64,000 bases of DNA from Spartobacteria bacterium (GCA_947482345.1 CANKJN010000003.1:1922-65921), one strand, 5' to 3'. Positions 18,227 through 30,186 are shown, numbered from the stretch's first letter. Numbers and translations are program-made. The notes: generated by a model from the sequence alone, not told the origin.

Positions 18227-18281
18227 ATGAGACATCATGTCCCTTATGCCGCTTTTTTTAGATGGCGAATATATTCTATAA

Positions 18282-20297
<2,016 letters not shown>

Positions 20298-20458
20298 AAC
20301 CGAGAAGTAGGATCGAGAAGTCAGCTTCCCTGATCCCCCACTTTTTAACCTTCTAACCTTTTAACGTTTCACTTCATCCACACTTTAACAACAAGCCCTC
20401 CCGCAGGTGCGGGACCGGGCGCCTGTTAGAAACCACACAAACCAAGGAAACACACACC

Positions 20459-20752
20459 ATGGCAGTATCCATCCAACCTCTCGCCGACCGGGTGCTCGTT
20501 CAGCCGATCGAAGAGAAGGAAGTCAAGAAAGGCGGGATCATCATCCCCGACACCGCGAAAGAGAAGCCCCAGGAAGCCAAGGTCATCGCCCTAGGCACCG
20601 GCAAGCTCGACGACGACGGCAAGAAGGTCCCCTTCACCGTCAAGAAGGGCGACAAGGTCCTCATCTCCAAGTACGGAGGCACCGAGGTCAAGGTCGACGG
20701 CGAATCCTACCTGATCATGCGCGAGGACGACATCCTCGGCATCATTGGCTAA
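20459..20752 (+). CDS. groES: Co-chaperonin GroES
   Basis: 97 aa, [10 protein letters not shown]...[18 protein letters not shown]. Confidence 0.97.
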   Translation: MAVSIQPLADRVLVQPIEEKEVKKGGIIIPDTAKEKPQEAKVIALGTGKLDDDGKKVPFTVKKGDKVLISKYGGTEVKVDGESYLIMREDDILGIIG

Positions 20753-20782
20753 TCCACCACACTCACCAACACACAAACTTAG

Positions 20783-22429
<1,647 letters not shown>

Positions 22430-22466
22430 GTCCGACTCCCACGCTTCTCTAAGAAGTTACAGCAGC

Positions 22467-22500
22467 AGCCGGGTCAGAAATGACCCGGCTGTTTCTGTTT
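22467..22500 (+). terminator. Rho-independent terminator of groESL
   Basis: Stem AGCCGGGTCA, loop GAAA, stem TGACCCGGCT, followed by GTTTCTGTTT. Confidence 0.75.
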
Positions 22501-22581
22501 ATGAGGTATAGCGGGGGCTTGGAGAGCGGTTTAGACTGTAGGCTGTTAGGCTGTAGGATTTGCCAGTAAGTCTACAAAAGG

Positions 22582-22609
22582 TTGCAAAAAAAGCAATTAT
22601 GTGTAGAGT
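22582..22609 (+). promoter_or_regulatory. Candidate promoter of the AbiE cassette (TTGCAA-16 nt-TAGAGT) with a flanking imperfect inverted repeat
   Basis: Hexamers at 22582-22587 and 22604-22609. The ATG at 22619 would give a near-leaderless mRNA. GTCTACA/TGTAGAG half-sites flank the promoter, a possible AbiEi operator. Confidence 0.3.
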
Positions 22610-22618
22610 CTATCTCAG

Positions 22619-23155
22619 ATGCAGCCCCTCAAAAAGCTGGCAATGACCTTGGATTCCCTTGCCAGCAGGGAGCACTCACTCTTTGCCTCTTCAGATCTGA
22701 GGGCGGCATTCGAGAAGTATGATCAACTGCCAGTCCTGCTCTCCCGTGCAGTCAAGGCTGGTCTCCTCAAGAGGATCTGTCGTGGCATTTACCTCTATCC
22801 TAAGGGGGGGTATCCCATGGGGGACCTTCTCTTCCATACGGCGGCCCGCTTACGGGCCGATGAGTTCAACTATATCAGTCTGGAGACGGCATTAAGTGAT
22901 GCCGGACTGATATCCCAGATCCCGATGAATTGGATTACCATCATGTCCTCGGGCAGAAGCCATACCATTGATTGCGGCGAGTTTGGGCACATCGAGTTCA
23001 TCCATACGGAGCAACGTCCCGAGGAGATCTGCGGGGAACTCGCCTACGATCCCGCGCGCCATCTCTGGAGGGCTTCGGAGAAGCAGGCCCTGCGTGACAT
23101 GAAAATGACCCGGCGAAGCATGGACCTGGTCAGTATGAGGAAGGAGACTGCATGA
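22619..23155 (+). CDS. AbiEi-family type IV toxin-antitoxin antitoxin / transcriptional regulator
   Basis: 178 aa with a winged-helix-like N-terminus (AVKAGLLKRICRGIYLYP). 4-nt ATGA overlap with the downstream AbiEii-like gene. Confidence 0.7.
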   Translation: MQPLKKLAMTLDSLASREHSLFASSDLRAAFEKYDQLPVLLSRAVKAGLLKRICRGIYLYPKGGYPMGDLLFHTAARLRADEFNYISLETALSDAGLISQIPMNWITIMSSGRSHTIDCGEFGHIEFIHTEQRPEEICGELAYDPARHLWRASEKQALRDMKMTRRSMDLVSMRKETA

Positions 23156-24024
23156 GTTCGGCGACACTCTTCAATTCCCTCGTTGACGAGGCACTCAAGT
23201 CGCGTCCCGAGTTAGCACTCCTGCGTCCCGTCGTGGAGAAGGAGTTGCTCCATCACGACATTCTTAGGGAGATGAGTCAGGAAGGACTGCTCTCCAGCCT
23301 CACCTTCATCGGCGGCACTTGTCTGAGAGCCTGCTATGGCTCTACGCGTCTCAGCGAGGATCTCGATTTTACCGGAGGGAACGATTTCAAGCGCTCCGAT
23401 CTCATGGAACTGGGGATGGTGCTCAGCGAAACTATCGGCACCCGCTACGGACTGAAAGTCAGCGTGAGCGATCCCGTCAGGACGGAAGGGAAGGTCAGCA
23501 CCTGGAAGATGAGTGTAGAGACCTGTCCTGGTCGCAAGGATCTTCCTGCACAGCGCATCCATCTCGATATCTGCGCCATCCCCAGTCACGACCCCCGCCC
23601 CATGATGTTGCGTACCCTCTATGGCGTCGATATGGGGACCTCCGGTCTCATCCTTCAAGCCCAGAGTAGGGAGGAGATCCTTGCAGACAAGGTGATAGCC
23701 TTGGCATTCCGCGAGGGGCGAATCAAGAACCGTGACCTCTGGGACATCGTCTGGCTCCAACAGCAGGGAGTGGAACTCCCCGTTCAACTGATCCCGCTCA
23801 AGATCCACGACCACCGCCGCTCCAAGGACGAGTTTCGATCACTCCTGCTGGAGAGGGTGGGGGAGTTGAGAAAGAGCGAGGCGCTTAGGAAAGACTTCAT
23901 CAAGGAGATGAGACGATTCCTTCCCGTGGCCACGGCGGCCCAGACCGTGGAACAGGAACCTTACTGGCGGTATTTGACTCAAGTTATTGGGGAGGAAGCG
24001 GAGAAGGCGCTGGCTATTCTCTAA
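23152..24024 (+). CDS. AbiEii/AbiGii-family nucleotidyltransferase toxin (DUF1814)
   Basis: 290 aa with the pol-beta NTase motif [22 protein letters not shown]. Confidence 0.8.
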   Translation: MSSATLFNSLVDEALKSRPELALLRPVVEKELLHHDILREMSQEGLLSSLTFIGGTCLRACYGSTRLSEDLDFTGGNDFKRSDLMELGMVLSETIGTRYGLKVSVSDPVRTEGKVSTWKMSVETCPGRKDLPAQRIHLDICAIPSHDPRPMMLRTLYGVDMGTSGLILQAQSREEILADKVIALAFREGRIKNRDLWDIVWLQQQGVELPVQLIPLKIHDHRRSKDEFRSLLLERVGELRKSEALRKDFIKEMRRFLPVATAAQTVEQEPYWRYLTQVIGEEAEKALAIL

Positions 24025-24046
24025 GGAACCGCGGTTCCCTAACCCA

Positions 24047-24202
24047 ACCAAGGTCACCCGCAGCGCCCTGCAGAACGCCGCTTCCATCAGCGGACTCCTG
24101 CTCACCACCGAGGTCACCATCGCGGACGCTCCTGAGAAGGAGAAGGCCCCTGCGATGCCACCAGGTGGCGGAATGGGTGGAATGGGCGGAATGGACTACT
24201 AA
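24047..24202 (+). pseudogene. Duplicated groEL 3'-end fragment
   Basis: Encodes [51 protein letters not shown], nearly identical to the groEL C-terminus. The copy continues through a second terminator. Confidence 0.85.
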
Positions 24203-24233
24203 GTCCAAGCCTAGCCTAAAAAGCTCAACAGAG

Positions 24234-24267
24234 AGCCGGGTCAGCAATGACCCGGCTCTTTCTGTTT
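24234..24267 (+). terminator. Second copy of the groEL terminator
   Basis: Stem AGCCGGGTCA, loop GCAA, stem TGACCCGGCT, then CTTTCTGTTT. Confidence 0.7.
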
Positions 24268-24445
24268 CTAGGCTTGGAGGCTTGGGATTTTGGCGCAGGG
24301 CGTTGTTGCTGCTCGGTCAGCGTAGGTTCACTACGCTTTCCCTCGCGACGCCTAGCCCTGCATCCAAACTTCCAAGCCTCGACTGCAGTGGGGAAGGTCA
24401 GCAGTCTTTGGTGGCTTCGAGTTCGGTTAAAATCACGAAATCTTA

Positions 24446-24784
24446 TTAAACCCCTTGTTGTTTAAGGTTCCAATCAGTGAATCCAGAGATAACAGTCATA
24501 TCCTCAAAAAACTGATTTTCTGTGATTCCATCCAAAATTATCATTCTTCTTAATTCATGGAAAATTTTGTGGAATCTTGTGCTTTCATTAAGGCTGTTCC
24601 ATCCAGGAATATTTACACCATATTTATTTAAATAACCTTTGGATAGTTTAGGTATGTCGTTGATGAAATTCTCACATGCGAATATCTGAATAATTCCTCC
24701 ACCTTTCATTCCGCAAGAGTTTATGTGAGTTGCTTCAGACCAGCAAATCAGCGCAATTTTAGAATCAATAGAGTTTTTTAGCAT
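24446..24784 (-). CDS. Small hypothetical protein (112 aa) in the most AT-rich DNA of the window
   Basis: The ORF lies 76 bp downstream of the helicase gene and is co-directional with it. I recognise no motif. The coding call rests on length, context and shared atypical composition. Confidence 0.5.
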   Translation of the reverse strand: MLKNSIDSKIALICWSEATHINSCGMKGGGIIQIFACENFINDIPKLSKGYLNKYGVNIPGWNSLNESTRFHKIFHELRRMIILDGITENQFFEDMTVISGFTDWNLKQQGV

Positions 24785-24860
24785 TAAATCCGGAGTTTTA
24801 TTTCAATTGCGTTAGGTTTTGATATTTAAGTAAGGCCTAACTTATATTCGCGCAACGTTT

Positions 24861-27800
24861 TTATTTATCCCAAACGAATCCAATTTCAGTAAGGCGAGCC
24901 ACTTTATCAGCATCAAGAATTCCTTTGCGCTTTTTCTGACGCTGTTTCGTAGCCCAGTTTGCCAGGCCAATATTAGCCTTAAAGTGCCTTGGGACATTGC
25001 AATGTCCATATTCTGCTCTGAAATCAAGTATATCCCTGAATCGATCTTCCCAAGTATTTTGCGTCCCTTCTTTGCCCCAAGATACACCAAGAAAGGTCAG
25101 TTTTTCCTCATGAATCAGGGAAAGAGTCCCCTTGCGTTTTTTACTTCTTTGATCAGTAAGCCATGCACCAAGTGACGGGTTGTCCTTGAATCGAGCCGGA
25201 ACATCACAATGCCTGTGAAGTTTTTTAAAATCTCGAAGTTCTTCAAAACGCTTATTCCAGATTTCATTGCCGATTTCTGAATCTATTCGAGGAGAAACCC
25301 ATTCAAAGCAGATATCCGAAAGAAGCCTTTCGTAGTCTTGGTTGAGTAATCCTCTTGATTTCTTTGATCGTTGCGTTCCAACCCACCGTGCAAGAATAGG
25401 ATTTTCTGGATACTGGCTCGGCACATTGCAATGACCATAGAGCTTTTTAAAATCCAAGAGTTCCTGATAGCGATCCCACCATCGCTTATCGTGAGCGTCC
25501 CAAACGAATCCCGCGTCATTGAGCTTACTAACTTTTTCAGGATCTAAAGTGCCTTCTTTGAAGGATTTTCTTTGGTACATTATCCATATACCAAGTGATT
25601 GATTCTCAGGGTCTGTAGGAGAAGCATTTGTGTGCCCGGTTTTCTCTTTGAATCTCAAAAGTTCAAGGTATCGCTCTTCCCATCTGCACTGCTGCTCGCT
25701 CCAACGGAATCCTGCGTGATCGAGTAGGTTTTGTCTCTCAGCGTAAAGAAGCCCTCTTGTTTTTGCGCTCCTTTGGTTTTCAACCCATGAGCCAAGCATT
25801 GGGTATTCCGCACAGCCTTTTGGAACGTTCGTGTGACCATACTTAGCTTTGAATTGGAGGAGTTCTGCATAGTGCGTCTCCCACTTGGAGACTAAACCAT
25901 CTATGCACTGAGCCGCTACGGCTGACTCAATGTCATTTAGGTGTACATGAGGGCCTATAACCTCAACCAATTCGCCGAAGGGTCGATCAACAACTCCTTC
26001 CTCAAGAACAGAGTTAATCGCTGAGAGCCTGATGGTATCTGCCAGCACTTCATCCTGCTCCTGCATTGTTTGTAGAACATCCCAGATTTCATCGAAGTCC
26101 GCTCGGGCTACCGCCTCATCTAGGCTTTCGCCTGACTCAACCTCGACATAGAGAGGAACGAGAACATACCCGAGTTTCTTGCCGGGTGATTTTCGCATTG
26201 CTCGGCCTGTAGCCTGAACGATGTCTACCAGACTGCGTCTCGGTGAAAGAAACGCCACCATGTCGACCGCTGGGACATCGACTCCCTCGGTGAGGCATCG
26301 GGCATTGGACATTATACCACTGTCTGAGGCCCTGAAATCGCGCATGATCCGTTCTCGATGGGCGGTCGGCATCGCTCCGCTGACATGGAAAGTGCAAAAT
26401 TCTGGAAGATGAGTTCTCACTCCCTCGCTGGTATCCGCAACGAAGGAAGAGGCGGATGCCACCGTATTGTGAAAGGTAAAGATGCGGCGGACACCGTATT
26501 TATAAGCGGCATCACGGAGTGCAATCTGGTTAGCCACCTGCCTAGCCTGAATAGCATCGCCATCGATCAGAACCTGCCCTCTGCTGATCAGTTCATTTGT
26601 CACCATTTCGGAGGTGATGACCGAGATGACAACTTTGTAGCCGCAGATGATTTCGCGTTTGGCTGCTTGGCTGAAACTCAGTGTGTAGCAGCGCGTTCCG
26701 AATACCTCGGGGTTATCCATCGAATAGACCAGTTCCGCGTCACCTGATCTGTCCTTCTTTCTTGGATTGTGGTGCCGTGGAGTGGCCGTGACGAAGAGTC
26801 GCTTGGCGATGAGGATATTTGCGTCCTTCAGGGCGTAGGAGAGTTTGGATCCATCGCGGCCTGCGGTCTTGTGAGCCTCGTCGAAGATGCCGAGATCGAA
26901 GGATTCGTCCGGATGCATGGCCGCACCAACCACTGTTGCGGATTGGTAGGTACTGAAGACGATCTTGGTTCCCTTGAACGGGGCATCAAGGAAGCTGCGG
27001 ACGGTTTCGGGATTCGTGGAAACCTCGAAATCGAGGTCCGACTGGGCCGTGCTGATCGCATCGGCATCTCCTTTGACGGTGGGATCGGAGCAAACGCAGA
27101 GGTAGGCGAGTGATTTGAGACTCGTTTCCTTTAGCCACTCGTGGAGCGTCTGCCGAAGCAGGGCGAGCGAGGGAAGCAGGACGAGGATCTTTTGTGCGCC
27201 AAGCTGTTCCGCTGTCCAGAGGGTGACGAGGGTCTTACCCGTGCCACAGGCCATGATAGCGGTTGCACGACTTTCCTTTTGGAGTGTCGGAACGATGGCG
27301 GCCAGTGCCTCCTCCTGATGGGGAAGGGGAGTTTTCCTCGGGGTGCGGACTGTGGCCTCGGCAAGCCATGCCTCAATCGCAGCGAAGTCCGATGCCCCCA
27401 TCCGGTCTAGATCCGATCCCCTAATGCAGAAAAAGCCCTGTCGGTCGTTGATGACGGAGGGAAGTTCGTCGCAGTTGGTGATCAGGATGCGGCTTCGGAT
27501 GTGGGGGCTGTCGGCCAATCCCATGAAGGTCGATAGCTCACGCCAGGTCATCGGGTCCCGGCCCGTTCGGAATTTTACCTGATAAGCGCTCAGATCCCCA
27601 AGGAGCGTTTGAAGGACTCCATCGATGCCGTAATCCATCCCACCCAGCCCCAGCTTGCTCAGGATATCAAGCGGGGTGGCGTTCAGCGGCCAGACTTCTT
27701 TGGCATCATGCTTCCGCTGGGTGGCGAGATACGCCTCGGCAAAAACCTCGAAGGCATCGCCCTTTCCCTTGTTCTCCGGAATCGCCGTGATCCGTTTCTC

Positions 27801-27875
27801 CAGATCCGCAAACGACTTCACCCCGGCAAACAGCCCGGACTTGGCAATCTCTCGTGATTTCGTGTGCAGTGGCAT
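24861..27875 (-). CDS. Mrr-like PD-(D/E)xK nuclease domain + SF2 (DEAH) helicase + five C-terminal helicase-associated (HA) repeats
   Basis: The N-terminus has GDAFE...DYGIDGV...YQVKF. Helicase motifs are ACGTGKT (I), FDEAHKTAG (II), TATP (III), LTEGVDVP (V) and QATGRAMR (VI). Five ~65-aa repeats follow, of the form W..(R/H)(Y/F).EL..FK...GH.NVP......LG.W...QR. The ATG at 27875 is preferred over the TTG at 27902. Confidence 0.85.
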   Translation of the reverse strand: MPLHTKSREIAKSGLFAGVKSFADLEKRITAIPENKGKGDAFEVFAEAYLATQRKHDAKEVWPLNATPLDILSKLGLGGMDYGIDGVLQTLLGDLSAYQVKFRTGRDPMTWRELSTFMGLADSPHIRSRILITNCDELPSVINDRQGFFCIRGSDLDRMGASDFAAIEAWLAEATVRTPRKTPLPHQEEALAAIVPTLQKESRATAIMACGTGKTLVTLWTAEQLGAQKILVLLPSLALLRQTLHEWLKETSLKSLAYLCVCSDPTVKGDADAISTAQSDLDFEVSTNPETVRSFLDAPFKGTKIVFSTYQSATVVGAAMHPDESFDLGIFDEAHKTAGRDGSKLSYALKDANILIAKRLFVTATPRHHNPRKKDRSGDAELVYSMDNPEVFGTRCYTLSFSQAAKREIICGYKVVISVITSEMVTNELISRGQVLIDGDAIQARQVANQIALRDAAYKYGVRRIFTFHNTVASASSFVADTSEGVRTHLPEFCTFHVSGAMPTAHRERIMRDFRASDSGIMSNARCLTEGVDVPAVDMVAFLSPRRSLVDIVQATGRAMRKSPGKKLGYVLVPLYVEVESGESLDEAVARADFDEIWDVLQTMQEQDEVLADTIRLSAINSVLEEGVVDRPFGELVEVIGPHVHLNDIESAVAAQCIDGLVSKWETHYAELLQFKAKYGHTNVPKGCAEYPMLGSWVENQRSAKTRGLLYAERQNLLDHAGFRWSEQQCRWEERYLELLRFKEKTGHTNASPTDPENQSLGIWIMYQRKSFKEGTLDPEKVSKLNDAGFVWDAHDKRWWDRYQELLDFKKLYGHCNVPSQYPENPILARWVGTQRSKKSRGLLNQDYERLLSDICFEWVSPRIDSEIGNEIWNKRFEELRDFKKLHRHCDVPARFKDNPSLGAWLTDQRSKKRKGTLSLIHEEKLTFLGVSWGKEGTQNTWEDRFRDILDFRAEYGHCNVPRHFKANIGLANWATKQRQKKRKGILDADKVARLTEIGFVWDK

Positions 27876-28029
27876 AGGGGATGTCGGAGTGTAGGACAAC
27901 AAGCATCCCCCTCCAAGCCTTCAAAGCTCCTAAAGGGGGATGAGTATCCATGGACTGTAGGGACATTTCACCATTGGCGCTTTTTTTCCGCACAATGAAG
28001 GCTAGATTGATACAAGTCACTACGGAGCC

Positions 28030-29313
28030 ATGAGGACCCTTCCCGATCACCCCCTGCGCTATGCCATGGTCAATGAGCTGCATGCGCGTCCTTTCCCGGT
28101 ACTTACGACGCCCTGTCAGGTGGTTTATTTTGCCATTAAGGAACCCAAAGACGCCCGTAAACGCGATCGAGATAGGGATCGGGCCCATTTAACTACCCTG
28201 CTCGATCAATTTGGGGTGAATCATCCCGAAGCACGTGCGACGCATTTTGAAGCAAGTCTGGGCAAAACAGAATTGAAATGGGAATCGCATACGGAGTTTG
28301 TAACCTATTCCGCCTTTACCCCCGGCTTGGATGCACGGCCTTTTGATCCAGCAGGAGCGTCCGTATTACCCCCCGACTGGTTGGCCAAAGCACCTGGTCA
28401 GACCCTGGTTGCTATGATGATCCGCGTCGAGGAACTGCCCGAGGATGAGGAAAAGATCCTGCCGATGTTGCTCGATTGTTTCGTTCCCGAAAGTCTCGCA
28501 GTCTCCTATGTCCTCGATGGGGCGGCGGTCGTTGCCGGGGATTTTCGCATCGATGCAGCGGGGTTCATGCGGATTTCGGTTTTCGTGCGTAAAAAGACCG
28601 GCACACGAAGGGTCGGGCGGATTGTGCAACGTCTCTGCGAGTTGGAAACCTATCGTGCAGCCTCGATGTTGGGCCTGCCAAGGGCATGGGAATTATCGGG
28701 GGAGCTGAATGCGCTGGACCCGCGCCTTTCGGCGCTTGTCTCAGGGTTGGATGAGCGCGGAGAATCCGCCGAAAAGGTACTCCACGAGTTACTCTCCATA
28801 GCGGGGCAACTGGAACGCCTTGCTGTACAGGCCAGCTTTCGTTTGCCGGCCACCGTAGCCTATGAGGCAATTGTGAATCAACGCATCGCTGTCCTACGTG
28901 AGACGCGGTTTCAAGGCCGCCAAACATTTGCCGAATTCATGACGCGCCGCTATGACCCTGCAATGCGCACCGTCCGCGCCACCGAAGCGCGCCTTACCTC
29001 CATGGCGGATCGTGCAGAACGAGCGGCGGAACTGCTTCGCACCAGGGTCGATGTGGAGCGTTCGGCACAAAACCAACAGATTTTGCAGAGCATGGACACC
29101 CGCGCAGATACGTCCTTGCGCCTGCAACATACGGTCGAGGGTCTCTCGGTGATCGCCATCAGCTATTATGTTTTGGAGTTGATGGCCTATCTGACGGCAC
29201 CCTTGGCTGATGCGTGGCATCTACCTAAGGTTTGGCTGATGGCGGGATCTGTCCCGGTGGTCTTGGTATTGGTCTGGGCCGGAATACGGCGGTTGAAGTC
29301 TCCTTCTAGATAG
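28030..29313 (+). CDS. DUF3422-family membrane-anchored protein (CorA-like topology, function unknown)
   Basis: 427 aa. The N-terminal HPLRYAMVNELHARPF is typical of DUF3422. A long helical region is followed by two C-terminal TM helices. Confidence 0.65.
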   Translation: MRTLPDHPLRYAMVNELHARPFPVLTTPCQVVYFAIKEPKDARKRDRDRDRAHLTTLLDQFGVNHPEARATHFEASLGKTELKWESHTEFVTYSAFTPGLDARPFDPAGASVLPPDWLAKAPGQTLVAMMIRVEELPEDEEKILPMLLDCFVPESLAVSYVLDGAAVVAGDFRIDAAGFMRISVFVRKKTGTRRVGRIVQRLCELETYRAASMLGLPRAWELSGELNALDPRLSALVSGLDERGESAEKVLHELLSIAGQLERLAVQASFRLPATVAYEAIVNQRIAVLRETRFQGRQTFAEFMTRRYDPAMRTVRATEARLTSMADRAERAAELLRTRVDVERSAQNQQILQSMDTRADTSLRLQHTVEGLSVIAISYYVLELMAYLTAPLADAWHLPKVWLMAGSVPVVLVLVWAGIRRLKSPSR

Positions 29314-29318
29314 AGGCC

Positions 29319-29506
29319 ATGTGTGCCCGGGAGGCAGGGTTGTAGACCACGCGAAGCGTAGCCTGAAGGGTAACCAAACACCCAGGAGGGTGTGCGGAAG
29401 AGAGCGATGCAATCGCTCCCCGAAGGGTGCCACAGCTCCCCGGAAGGGAAGTGGCATCAAGCGGCATCAGACGGAGTGTGCGACAACAAGCATCCCCTTC
29501 TAAGCT
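29319..29506 (-). repeat. Structured repeat family, copy A (canonical orientation on the minus strand)
   Basis: Aligns as a reverse complement with 62800-63030 and 39441-39530. Contains the hairpin GAGCGAT-GCA-ATCGCTC (29402-29418), a CCC-TTCG-GGG hairpin and others. Confidence 0.75.
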
Positions 29507-29612
29507 GGATCATTCAGCGCTTCCCTTTAATCTCATGAGGGTAAATTCCCCGCCCCTTGGGGCGACCCAAGAAATAAAGAAACCAAATACCCCGCTGCTT
29601 GCGGTGGGGTTC

Positions 29613-29632
29613 TTTAATCAGCGCTTCCCTAG
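29613..29632. repeat. Solo IS/MITE terminus fragment
   Basis: TTTAATCAGCGCTTCCCTAG matches the MITE end TTAAATCAGCACTTCCCTAG at 35626-35645. A weaker second copy (ATTCAGCGCTTCCCT) lies at 29510-29525. Confidence 0.55.
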
Positions 29633-29660
29633 ATCCTATCGCCTCGCCTTATAGCCTTAT

Positions 29661-29675
29661 TTAGAATAATTCTTG
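29661..29675. promoter_or_regulatory. Fur-family 7-1-7-like box TTAGAAT-A-ATTCTTG
   Basis: The core AGAAT-A-ATTCT is a perfect palindrome about 40 nt upstream of the fur-family gene that heads the suf cluster. Confidence 0.45.
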
Positions 29676-29713
29676 ATTGAGGATTGCATGCTGGTAGGTT
29701 TTCAGCCCGCCGC

Positions 29714-30181
29714 ATGAAGAAGGATTCATCCATTCCAGCCTATGAGAACGCGATGGGAAGAGAGGGCCTGAGGCTCACTCCCCAGAGGCGTCAGGTCTAC
29801 GAGGTGCTGATGGACAAGCGGGACCATCCCACGGCCACGGAAGTCTTTATCCGTGCCCAGAAGCGGATGCCTTCGATCTCGCTCGCCACGGTCTACAATT
29901 GCCTCGAGACGATGGTCGGCAACGGCTTGGTCAAAGCCGTCCATGTCGACCGGGAACCGACCCGCTTCTGCGCAAATCTCCGCGAGCACGGCCACTTTCA
30001 CTGCTCCGACTGCGGCAAGGTGACCGACATCGAGTTTTCACAAGCCCGCGACAAGGGATGGAAGCTTCCCGACGGTTTCCTCGTCACCCAGCACGACGTG
30101 ACCCTCCGCGGCCTCTGCGCCGATTGCGGCACGGCTACAAAGTCCTCCACTCATTCCAGAAACAAACCAACCACCAAGTAA
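29714..30181 (+). CDS. Fur-family metalloregulator (Fur/PerR/Zur-like)
   Basis: Winged-helix [14 protein letters not shown]...HPTATEV, and metal sites [12 protein letters not shown]...CADCG (two CxxC pairs). ATG at 29714. Confidence 0.85.
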   Translation: MKKDSSIPAYENAMGREGLRLTPQRRQVYEVLMDKRDHPTATEVFIRAQKRMPSISLATVYNCLETMVGNGLVKAVHVDREPTRFCANLREHGHFHCSDCGKVTDIEFSQARDKGWKLPDGFLVTQHDVTLRGLCADCGTATKSSTHSRNKPTTK

Positions 30182-30186
30182 GAACC

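Noticed and set aside
20298-20458. CIRCE/HrcA operator (TTAGCACTC-N9-GAGTGCTAA) or a sigma-32-type promoter upstream of groES and dnaK (18227-18350).
   Set aside because: I read both regions and found no CIRCE-like inverted repeat and no convincing CTTGAAA/CCCCAT pair. Only low-complexity word repeats and a weak GCCCTT...AAGGGC hairpin before dnaK were seen.
24290-24365. Hairpin AGCGTAG-GTTCA-CTACGCT with flanking ...GCGCCTAGC. It resembles GCAGTAG-TTCA-CTACAGC ...GCGCCTAGC at 49325-49362, so possibly another small repeat family.
   Set aside because: There are only two imperfect copies with short matches, so I cannot distinguish this from chance without a genome-wide count.
29319-29506. Group II intron hypothesis for repeat copy A (the plus strand begins ...ATGTGTGCCCGG, resembling the GUGYG 5' consensus).
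   Set aside because: At ~190 nt the element is far too short. It has no domain V-like AGC...GNRA helix, bulged-A domain VI or RT ORF. Copies B and C do not conserve the GTGTG end.
29899-30186. N-terminal extensions suggested by the ORF track. Examples: sufC from 29899, sufB from 30951, dppC from 55035, clpP from 59220, gcvH from 45812, gcvP from 46336 and larC from 42864.
   Set aside because: The extensions overlap upstream genes or low-complexity leaders and lack homology. Internal ATG/GTG starts give canonical N-termini and tight gene junctions.
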